Source of the DNA: Saccostrea echinata
Taxonomy: Eukaryota
DNA length: 64,000 nucleotides
NCBI RefSeq assembly: GCF_033153115.1
Contig: NW_026889805.1
Coordinates: 9,796,001-9,860,000, forward strand
Direction: 5' to 3'
Shown in pieces: positions 53,306-64,000 of this stretch. The position numbers and the translations under genes were made by a program. The notes under the pieces were generated by a model, which had not been told where the DNA came from, ran no database searches, and saw only the letters and a list, made by a program, of their open reading frames with translations. The stretch's first letter is position 1; each line of letters opens with the position of its first letter.

Positions 53306-53873
53306 TGAATGAATTAGAGATCTCATAAATATTACACAAAGCGAATCGTGAACAGGCCATATACACAGACCCCTGGAAATACCAGCGGTGGGTTTAGGTG
53401 TCTAGGAGGAGTAAGCATCCAAGCCGGTTACACCAGCCGTGAGCCGCCGTATTGATCAGGTAGACGGAATACTTCGTAGTCAAATTTAGTATAAAAGCAA
53501 TGACCTAGCAGATGGTTTTTGATGCGCTATCGTCTATTGTCAGTAAAACGTCCAAATATGAAACAGATGTGGCAGTCTTTGATCATGAGATTGATCTAAT
53601 TATTTTGGTTTAGTTTTGTTTTTGCCCCGCTTTTTTCACTAGGACTTCATAAAAACAAACAAAAAACAAAATACAAAAAAAAAAAAAAAAAAGAAAGACA
53701 CGGTTTGCTTATTACACTTTTGTTTCATTTAATCATTGAATCATATAATAAAACAATTGAATTTTTTTTCCAGTCAGTGCGATAATTTAGCCACCTTCGA
53801 AGTACAATATTCACCTCGTCCTTCGGGCTCGATGAATTTTGTATTCCTCGGCTGGCTAAATCATCGTATTGAC

Positions 53874-53915
<42 letters not shown>

Positions 53916-54499
53916 AAGAAAGAAAGAAAAAAAAGCATTATAGGGCCTAATTGTATAATTTAATATTTAAGTCTTTGATTTTATAATTTTTCATTTATGG
54001 ATCTATTGTAGAATATACAATTTTGATTTTTTTTTTTATTTGTCACGTATACACTAGATTTTTCTCCATTTATACTGTGTAAAATGATAAAATATTCATG
54101 TTATCAGGGACCTATATACTAACAAAAACCTACTATATGAACCTTTTTTTTATCTCTCGGCAAATAACATGTCTGTTTCTTTTCTCCTGCCATGATGAAG
54201 AACCAGAGCTCATTTTTGAAGACTGAAATATGGAAGTACATGTATATATTTTTTCCGGAAATATTTTAAACGTTTCATAAGATTTGAACTAAATAGGTTG
54301 CCCATCATCATGTTTGCGGCGTTTGAACACTAATGGATATAGATGTTTATTAAGTATCATTAAAACTGCAATTTTTAATCAGTAGGTTAGTATATATACG
54401 TCCCTGATGTTATAGCATACATAATTTTGTATGATATACAAAACAAATGGACAGTTATTAATACAAATGGAAACGAGCGAAGTTGACATATGCCATAGC

Positions 54500-56600
54500 A
54501 AAGATGCAGTAATAGCGAGCGCAGCGAGCGGCGCGAAGCGAGCTCAATAGACTAACGTGTAAGATCAGAGAAAATTCGGAATGAAATCTGTACATTCGTC
54601 AGGCAAATTTTTCTGCTGCTTCACAGTTGCGCAAGCGCATTGCAACTTCCGCTTTCGCTTTGGATCGTGAACGGTGAAAATTCACAGTCATGATTGTGCT
54701 AGTTACTTTCTTTGTGGTACGTTCATTTTAAATCAGATTTTTAATTTTATCGCTTGAATAAGTTTTTGGATAACTTTTTTGTTTTTTCTCATTGAAAATA
54801 CAATCTTTTTAAGCATTTAAAGACGTACAACACACTGGGGGCGATAACTCTTGGGATTTCAATAAAACGTTTAACATAACGTTAAATTTGACGTTAAGAG
54901 CCATTCTCTGTAATAACTTGAACTTTTATATCGGAGCCGTTGCATGCATAGTCTCAGAATTTCTCCAAACTCTCTATGATAAAAGCCTTTGATACCGTAA
55001 ACTCAAATCAGGCAAAAATTGGTTGCTACGTGTTATGGTTACCAAAGCAACATGTCCTAAAGTTTGAAAATTGCATTTTTCAACATGTTCAGAGTCCCAC
55101 AGTTAACGTTTGCAGCAAAGCAAACAAGTGGCAATGACTGTTTCTGAAAGTTGAAGGCCTGGTGTTTTAAATGCATGATAAACATGTTTGGTAAATCAAC
55201 TATAACATACGTTACTATGGAAACAAAGTATTCAAAAGAAATAATTTTGTTTATTTAATTCCATGAAGTCATACACTTAAGAATAAAAACAATTATAGGT
55301 TGAAATGCAAGCAAATAATAGACAAGAGATCCTTGTAACATATACCAAGGACAAAATATGATATTTCTTATAGGTTGACAATGGTTGCCATGGTTTTAAT
55401 ACCACGAAGGGATTTTAAATTTACTCTCTTAGTGTTTTAATCTTATTCAATCTTTTTAAAAAGCACATTTCTATATAACTGATGATCAATTTTTAAAGGC
55501 GTTGGTGTGACCCTAATTTTCACATTTCAAAAAATTCAATTTCAATTCTTTAAATAGTGTGTTGCTATGGAAATAAGGCGAAAAAACATAAACATCTGAA
55601 AAATACTCTGTTTCCTTGGATATACCCTTGTATGTAGATTCCCAAAACTTTAATGATTGATATATGTGAACAACTAACCTGACTTTCAATTTTGACTACC
55701 ACCCAATCTCTAACTGGATGCAAAAAGCTGGCACATAGGGTCTAGTATTGACATAAAATTAGCAAAATCGAACATTTTCCCTTCTTGGTAACCATAGCAA
55801 TAGTGTTGTATTTTTCAACAAACTTTATCAATATATGATATTCAACTTTAGTTCTACCAGATAAGTACTATTCGCGGTGAGTCAAATAATATGTTTCTTA
55901 ATTAAAAGGTTAGTAAATTCCTAAAGCAGCCAAAAAAAATTATCAATTTAAACAACTAGTACGTTGTTTCCATGGTTACACTGCAAAGTAACAATTAATC
56001 CCAATTTTCTTATGTTGTCGGTGTTGCAAGGTCCTAAGGATGTATATGTGCCAGTCATGAATTCTATTGTTTTTCCTCAAGATAGTAGCATTAACCCAAT
56101 CATAGCAACAGATTTTGCATGGTGACACTGTGTTACCATGGAAACCATGTAAGTTATTTTTAGAATGATATTGCCAATACCTAATTACATAAGGTCAAAT
56201 ATTTTTCATTGTTTTTCTTAGATTGTTGACTGAGTTTGATCATGTAACATCTATCATTTGTGAATATTGAGCGTTTTTCAGCATTTTTCAGCATCTAAAA
56301 TGCATTTAAATGTACCAATGGTTACCACTTACTTAGAGATAAATTCTAAATAGTTTCTTTATAGCATTAGTGGCAACAAGGTGTCATGTTTTTAGGAGAA
56401 TGGTTTGTTTGTTTCTCTTAGTCTTTATTAAGGCTTAATAAAGATTTTAAGTAGCTGAAAATCTCAATTTTTTCAACTTTTCTGGCTGTTAACATGGCAA
56501 CCAAAACACATAGCAACAAAATTTTATTTGATATATGTTTCTGGTGTCAAGTTGTAATAATGGGTAAAGTTTCATCAAAATCGGTGACCATGCGTGGCAA
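54500..56600. mobile_element. Long non-coding dispersed repeat rich in GTT(A/G)CCATGG(C/A)AAC palindromes (Helitron-like, family uncertain)
   Basis: Segments recur in the window at ~24660-24860, 25440-25640, 27445-27600, 32377-32580 and 39130-39460; GC-rich segment GCGAGCGCAGCGAGCGGCGCGAAGCGAGCTC at the left end. Confidence 0.55.
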
Positions 56601-59600
56601 AGAAGTTTAAATGGTTACAGAGAATCGCTATTAATTACGAAGCGTCAAATGACGAATTAATGTTAAAAAAAATAATAGAGGTTTTTATTGTGGTTTCTTT
56701 AGGAATACCAAATCCTATCCTTGATCATTTACGCAATTGAAATAATTCTTCCCCCTCCATAAAAAAGGAAAAAAAGACAGGTTCCTTCTTTAATTTAAAT
56801 TTAGTTAATTAATTCTATGATATACACAAAGGCAATGTTTTAATCTAAAAATGTTAATGCTACTCTACATTGCTTTTTCCCGTTACAATCGGCCACATAA
56901 CATTGAGAATAAATATTACCGGTATGTCTAAATATTATCGTATTACGAAAATTAACATTTCTTTCCTTTGGAAAAAAAAATGAAAAAGAGTAACCATTTT
57001 CAGAAGGTCACTGATCAAAGAGAAACAACTTTAAAAATGTGGTGTATGTCTTTCCTCCCTTTAGCTGAGTTATTCCTCCTGTTTTTTCGAAGAATTGTTT
57101 TTTCCCTCACAAATACACAGACACATTTACAGTGTGCAAGGAACTGAAATCCAAAGTTTATGCAAATTAAAGTAAGTATTAACAGTGAAAAATTATTTAT
57201 TGAAATTAATACAACGGTTGCACCCCACTGAGAAAATCTTTTACTGTTGACAGTTTCAGTTCGCATTTCCTCGAATTAAACAAAACGATTGATACCAATG
57301 TAGATGATACCATTGTAGATGATTCAGGCACATGAATAATTTTAATATTGATAAATAATTTACAATTTGGTAAAGTTGAAGTTAATATGGACGAACACAT
57401 CATTTCCATTTATTAAAACAACGGAAGGATACAATATCGGGGGGGGGGGGGCACCTTCTCGTTTGAAAACAGAATTTAAAACCTATACGTACATATATTC
57501 CATTTTCATTACAAGAGAGTTGTACATACTCTACTGTTGGTTCACTTAAAAAATAATATTCAATGCAAGTAGAAGTCATATGAAGGTTTGAAACTGCACC
57601 TGTGTGCATGAACTCCAAACCGGACACGCGGTCATAAAATTCTTAGAAAAATAGTTTTACTAAATATGAATATAAAAAAAAAGTTCAATATGCCAATTAT
57701 ATATATTATGCAGACGTAACCGATGTTGTTTTTTTTTTCAAGCTCGAATGCCCTGCATTGAAGAGAATAATGGAGGGGGGGGGGTCTTAAATTTTCAGAA
57801 ATTGCTTATTCATCTTCATTTAAATGCCGATGTAAAGTTTTATATTTGTAATAAATATAATGTACATTACATTTTTTAAGTAAAAGCTATTTTCCAGCCA
57901 GGAATTTTTATTTGTATTTGTAGAATCATAGCTTTGCTTTCGTCCCAAGTCTGAAAGACGCTGTGAGAAACGTAACTTAGAGAGAGGGGGAGGGGAGATT
58001 TTCCGCTACAAATTCAAAACGCGTCGTTTAAAAAAATTTCAAAAAATTATCAAGAACATTTTGATCATCAGTTACAAGAAGTAATTATTTTTTTCAAAAT
58101 TAAACGACAGATTTTTTCATAAAAAAATATTTCTTTTGAAAATCACGCATTTTTCGATGCAAATATGAACCATAGTTTTTCAGTTTAAATTCTTCAAAAT
58201 CGTTTTTCTCGAAGTGTACCTCTACAAATTCACTTTGTTTGTGCGTTTAATAGTTAAACGAACGATTCGGCAAATTTTGACAGCTAGGCTAACCTTAAAT
58301 ATTTTAGAATAAGGGATTTTATAGTTAGTTGGTTGAATTTTATTTGTACTCGTCATCAGCCAAAGGGGGGTAACTTTAGGAACTTCCTGTCCAAATTCGG
58401 CTCGAACGATTTTGACCAAAATGTACATACACATAGTAGATATTGTCATGTATAAGATATACAAAAATAGCGAAAATTAAACTGCAGGAAATTTTTGGGG
58501 TAGGTGTGTTGTACATCCTTAATATGATATTAAGTGCAATAGTTTAGATACACAATACTATACTAAACAATTTGAAGAAAAAAATTAGTTGTTTGATAGC
58601 AATATTAATAGTGATTATTATATGTTTATTCATATGAGTATAACACTATTTTATTGATTTTATTTGATCTGTTGATGGAATATATATTTCTATGGTTGAA
58701 TTTAACATTTCAGTTCAACATGTTAAAAAATTATCTCCATTTTCAAAATATATGCCTATCAGATGAACAAAGGATGTCTGTGTTCTGTTGTTAGATATGA
58801 TTTTTACTGAAGCAGTTGTGTGAGAGGGCAGTACACTGAATCTCTTGTAAAAATTTTTTTGGCATTTCTCAGAAAATTCAGATGCTTTATCTGTCACATT
58901 CTGATAAATTAAGGGCAAATGATTATTATGAAGTAACTGTAAGGTCAGGTCAGAACAGAGGGACATCCTATCCCCTTACTCCAGCATGCTAGAAATTCAC
59001 AGCAAGATGCTTTTCACTTGGCACCACATTAGCGAGGTATATAAGGAGTGAAGGGAGGTTAACTGAAGCTTTAACTTTTAGGAGTACCTATACCCTCTGA
59101 TCTCTGTTACAGATAAATACACAAGGGAAAAATTGAAATAGCATGCTATTTTAAAACAGTCAAAAACAGGAGAGAAATGTACACAAATCCTTTAACTAGT
59201 GCAAGTGATGTGTCCTTAAGCTTATACTGACTAAAATATTTCCAAAATATCCAGTGTAAATAGTAAAAAGTCAAAGAGGTGCTGATTGTTAATTTGATAA
59301 TATACTGATAATATACTGATGCATTTGGATTTTATATATATAGGTGAACCTATTACAAAGACTTCTCTACTACAATGCTCACAGCGTCAGTGACTGAAAG
59401 GTGACATAGACTGAGAAAAAAATTATATCAAATTATATCAAATTATAACAAATATGAGTGTGTGGTGAAGCAGTTCTGAAATTATGAAGCTGGATTGGTC
59501 TTCCCACCTCAGTCAGAACTTGATCACTTGCAGTAATTTAAATTTTGGCTATTTATTAATAATAGGACTATTGTACATTGTACTGATACAGTGTATTGAA

Positions 59601-60679
59601 GCGCATCGTAGAGGAGCGAAAATTTCAAGTCTAATTTTAATTAGATTGTAAAATTATCATGACTGTGTTGAAAACCCTTAAGTTACTCCATTTTGTTCAA
59701 CCTTTTGGATATATTTATATACATAGACTTGTATGTATATTCCTCTCCATCTACCGGGTATATTTTAGAACCTGTAAAAATTCCCTTCCGATGTATATAC
59801 ATGTATATATAATCATATATATTTGTGCTCTTGTCGGTCATGCATAAAAGAGAAATCTTACCCACCTAATTAATATGCATATACATTTATCATTATTTTG
59901 TTGACAGCCTTAGTCCCAATATATATGGGTTCTGAAATAAAATAAAACTTGCCTCCTTTCTTTCCTTCATTGTATATATTGTGAGTACGTGTCTTTATGT
60001 GTGTGTTGGGGGGGGGGGCACCAGCACTGGTTTCGTTTACCAGTGTTTACAGGGCACCCCCTATACGTAGGAATGCCCTGTACACGAAAGGTACAGGCTG
60101 GGGGGGGGGGGTATACTATATACCGTAGACTACAACAAGTTTTCTTTTTGTAAACATAGGGATAATTTTTAATTATTTGGGGGTTCTGGAGATATTAATA
60201 GGTCAACTGCAAGGTAAAGCTGGCGGGGGGGGGGGGTCTGTTTAGCTCTCTCGGTCTTTTTTTCTTTAGAGCTGAACCAAGAGCATATAAACTTTTTGCG
60301 GATTTGATTATTGATGACAATTTTGAATTTAGATAGACTCAAAGAGGAGGCATTTTTTGATATTTCTAAAATATTCAAAAATTCAAGTATACAAGAGAAC
60401 CAGGAGTCTCTACTTGTACTAAGTGTTTTGGAATTACAAGTGTTTAGCTGCTAGGCTATAGCTTTTTGATGGTACAACTGCGCTCGCCCCAACGGTTACA
60501 CCGTAAAACATATTAATCTGTAATCTGTATATCACAGGTATTTGTCAAAACACATTATTGCGATGCCCTCCGGATCAATGACGCAACGTTAAGTACAGAT
60601 TGTTTGCATTTTTTAGTCACTTCCCGTTCACTTCCTGTTTGTGTGGGGAAAAGAACAAGGTGAGCTTCAACAAGTAACG

Positions 60680-62801
60680 ACGTCGGCGTTTAATTATAAC
60701 TATGCGATTGTAAGAAGAATTCCGAACAGTTTTAAATACAGTGGTCAACAGTACTCAAATAAATATGAAAAAGAGAATGAGATTGACGTAGAAAAGGCGA
60801 GAGAAGAGCATCGACAACTGATCGAGACGCTTAAAAAATGCGAGGTACGAGTTATCGAACTTCAAGAGGAAGAGGACTACCCCGAGTGCTGTTTTGTGGA
60901 CGATTCCGCTGTCGTAATCGGTGCTACAGCCCTTATCACTAGGCTAGGACAAACTACACGTCAGGGAGAGGTAAGTCACTTCATAGAATCTGAATTTAAA
61001 AGAGGTGGAAAAAGGGGTGGGGGTGACGCGTGTGACACGATCATACTTTTCGATGACTCATGAAAAATGACTATAGTTTGATCAGTGTAAGCGAGTTGCT
61101 GCTTAACAAATTTATGATGAATTACTGAAAACAAAACTATTTCAATGTTTAGGTTTGATTTACAAAATATTTGGTGAATATTGATCTAATGAATGTCAAG
61201 AGTTCATATTTCCAAAAGTATTGGTCATAGGCCTACAACAAGCCTTGTTTACATTGTCGTAGTGTGGTAGTGTAAGATACACAGCATCCTACTAGCTTGG
61301 ACTAGCGGGTTAACCCTTTAGCTCAATCGGTTGAGCATTGGTCATTGGACAAATGCCAGAGGTCCAGGGTTCAATCCCAAGTGGAGGCACTTACATCAGG
61401 TCCAGCACAATACCCTGATAAAGGTATATAGCTTGATAAAGCTATATAGCTTTATCAAGGTATTACAAATACTTTGATCAAGGTATTTTATGTAATGAAA
61501 ATACAAAAAAAAATTCTAAAAAAAATAAATACTGAAAGTCGAGTTCTGATTTGTTGTCAGTAAATTCACTCATGCATGTAAAGTACTCAAACACAAAGAA
61601 ATCGGTAAAAAAGCATGTCGTGTGAGGAGACGTTCTTTTATGCTGTCCTTTTTGATACCTGAGTACTTTTCATGCACGAGTGAATACACTGACCACAACT
61701 CATAATTCGACTTTTAAATTTAATTTTTTAAGATTTTTTTTTGTATTTTCATTACATAAAATACCTTGATCAAGATATGTGTAATACCTTGATAATATTT
61801 ATCAAGCTATATACCTTTATCAGGGTATTGTGCTGGACCTGTACATGTCTCTGTTACATTTGATGCCCACGTTGGGACCGGGGTATTCTCTGGCGGGTGA
61901 GAGTGATTGCCCTCAGATCTTCACCCCACAAGCATCGACACTCCAAAAGAGATGAGGACATCTCATTCTCTGGAGAGGGACAATGTGGTAGTGTAAGATA
62001 CATAGCATCCTACTAGCTAGGACTAGTGGATTAACCCTTTAGCTCAATCGGTAGAGCACTGGACTAATGCCAGAGGTCCCGGGTTCTATCCCAAGCGGAG
62101 ACACTTATATGTCTCTGTTACAGTAGTGTATTATGAATCAATGTGCCTCATATCTTCTTAATCTTTGTTCCCTCTGATGTGATCAGAAATATTCTTGTTT
62201 ATTTAATTCCAGGTTGCAGAGATTCGTAAAGTACTGAAAGATCTGAAATTTCGTATTGTGGAGATTGTTGACCCTGATGCCATTGTGGAAGGAGGAGATG
62301 TACTGTTCACAGGTAAGTCTGTGTTACCTTTTATTCACAGTTAAGTGTCACCAACCATGACTAAAACACAGATCCGCAAAACTGAACTATGAACTATTCA
62401 AACTGACAGTCTTCATTTAACTTCATTTAACTTAAACTTAATGTTTTGATTTTGGTGTCTTTAATCTTCAAACCAATTTAATTCTTCAACATAAGAATTT
62501 TTCCCCCATTCTGATTTTATATGTTACAGGTATGTATGTTTGACTGATAATCATGCTGATTATCACAACATTATAATTCATGAATTTTGATTTTGTTTCA
62601 GGGAAAGAAATTTTTGTTGGCCTGGGACAGGGAAGAAGAACAAATGAGCGGGGAGCATCAGCTGTTGCGGATGCTTTCCCAGAATACAATGTAGCCCCTG
62701 TCCGAATTGATGGGCAGGTCCAGCTGAAATCTCTGGTGTCCATGGCAGGGAAGGACATCATTGCCGTGGGTAACAGTCAGAATGCGAACAGATTTATGCA
62801 G
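60680..62801 (+). CDS. DDAH: N(G),N(G)-dimethylarginine dimethylaminohydrolase-like (amidinotransferase fold), coding exons 1-3; continues beyond the window
   Basis: Exon ~60680-60970 (AFNYNYAIVRRIPNSF...EHRQLIETLK...YPECCFVDDSAVVIG..ALITR..RQGE|gtaagt). Exon 62213-62312 (VAEIRKVL...VEGGDVLFTG). Exon 62602-62801 (KEIFVGLGQGRRTNERGA..VADAFPEY...QLKSLVSMAG). Phases are consistent. The start codon is uncertain (ACG at 60680). Confidence 0.88.
61263..62122 (+). mobile_element. Miniature non-autonomous LTR retrotransposon (TRIM) with a tRNA-like Pol III promoter in its LTRs (Helenus/biv-TRIM type)
   Basis: LTRs run TGTGGTAG...TGTTACA: 61263-61858 (interrupted) and 61984-62122 (139 bp). 4-bp TSD GTAG. 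PBS-like TGATGCCCACGTTGGG after the 5' LTR and purine tract GGAGAGGGACAA before the 3' LTR. Each LTR has an A box TAGCTCAATCGGT(A/T)GAGC and a B box GGTTC(A/T)ATCCC. Confidence 0.88.
61397..61841. mobile_element. Near-palindromic MITE (~190-bp TIRs, CAGG...CCTG) inserted in the 5' LTR of the TRIM
   Basis: CAGGTCCAGCACAATACCCTGATAAAGGTATATAGCTTGATAAA is perfectly inverted at both ends; 5-bp duplication TACAT (61392-96 and 61842-46). Confidence 0.9.
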
Positions 62802-63152
62802 GTAAATATCGTAAATGTCCAACATGTTTCTTAATGGATTACTTATTTTTCTCTGACACATACCATACACATTTGAATTTCATAAAAATAATTATTTGTA
62901 ATATTATCAAGAAGTATGTGATACTAGTGTTGTACCGATAATCAGAAAACATCGATTGTCGACGAAAAAATGCTACCGATTCCAACGATCGATTATAATT
63001 TTTCATAATACTTCTAGTACAATACATTCCAGAATTATCCATTTCTGGTTTAAAATTTATTTCTTCTTAATGGAAGAAAATGGCGTTTGCATCTGATACT
63101 AGCCAACTAGCATGAAGCAGAGGTGATTAAGAACCGAGAGGTGCACATATAG

Positions 63153-63559
63153 GGCCTAAAAAAATTATGTTTGTTTCCTGTAACCCGACCGACCCCTTCA
63201 ATTTACCCCTGGTTGGATTTTTTCTCTCCCAAATCTGTGTTTGCTCTTTGGTTTGATCAATCATCTGATTCTCTTTATTCAAAAATATTAATTGTATCTT
63301 TTATTTGAGATATAAAATATGCAACTTAGTCAACATTTACCTTAAATCTAAAGAATAATTAATTCCCCCCACAACTTTTTGAAGTTCGTTTTCTGCCGCT
63401 AGGCAGCCATGTTGGGTGTCCACTGTAAATATAACATCTGGATAATTCAGTCCTAGGATGATTGACCCCATTATTCATAAGCAAAAAAATCCCGACCTAC
63501 CGACCCTTGATTTTTTGGGAATGTTACAGGATACAAACAAACATAATTTATTTTAGGCC
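63153..63559. mobile_element. MITE, PIF/Harbinger-like
   Basis: TIR GGCCTAAAA..AATTATGTTTGTTT..CCTGTAAC at both ends; 3-bp duplication TAG; internal CCGACC motifs. Confidence 0.75.
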
Positions 63560-64000
63560 TAGAAAGTGTAAAAGAAGTAAAACAACAAAGAAAATAATAT
63601 ATAATATATTTTATATATTCATGTTAAAGAAATAGTATGAAATAATTGTAATAGTCTGATTTTTGTATACAAAACTATGAAATCCGATTATAATTGGTAA
63701 AATTGTAGGAGTGAAACGGTTCACTGCGGTATCGATTCACCGCGGTAATTTTTCTCGGTTTGATACACGGTGCAAAATCTCTAATTTTCGGTTCGGTTCA
63801 TTTTTCGGTCGGGATCATTATTCAGTCGGGTTTGGCATAAGGTAAAACATGCTACTTAATATAAATAAGTATAGAAAACGTAAATTTTTGATGACTGATA
63901 GCTTGTAAAATAATTTTTGACAGTCAAATAATTTTTATCAATTTCTTCTAGTCAATTTGCAAATAAAATTCGTAAAATATGTGACTAGATTTAGAAAAAG

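Noticed and set aside
62035-62105. Possible tRNA genes (also 61315-61390, 21114, 34766, 42375)
   Set aside because: They have A/B boxes but no proper acceptor/anticodon stems and are embedded in LTR or SINE bodies

Overview
AT-rich eukaryotic genomic DNA, most likely a bivalve. An oyster is suggested by Helentron-type elements carrying a 166-bp Cg170-like satellite and by bivalve-type tRNA SINEs; this is inference. Host genes: (1) a complete 12-exon secreted animal heme peroxidase on the minus strand (18885->9844, 607 aa by my splice model); (2) two tandemly duplicated, disrupted B-box/NHL (TRIM-like) genes (33003-33984 and 41492-42030, minus strand); (3) the first three coding exons of a DDAH-like gene (60680-62801, plus strand, running off the window). 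The DDAH-like gene lacks the catalytic His and has ACG where the ATG is expected. The rest is mostly mobile DNA. It includes many Penelope-like (Naiad-type, N-terminal GIY-YIG) fragments with a conserved GC-rich 3' segment. It also includes an ~8-kb Ngaro/DIRS tyrosine-recombinase retroelement with split direct repeats, an intact SGNH-hydrolase ORF placed before gag and an internal 85-bp higher-order minisatellite; this element sits inside a TTAA-flanked TIR unit inside a SINE. Also present are a tRNA-containing miniature LTR element (Helenus/biv-TRIM type), Ginger-, Kolobok-, Harbinger- and mariner-like DNA elements, Helentron/satellite units and LINE remnants. There are two assembly gaps (8266-8400 and ~43894-44064).
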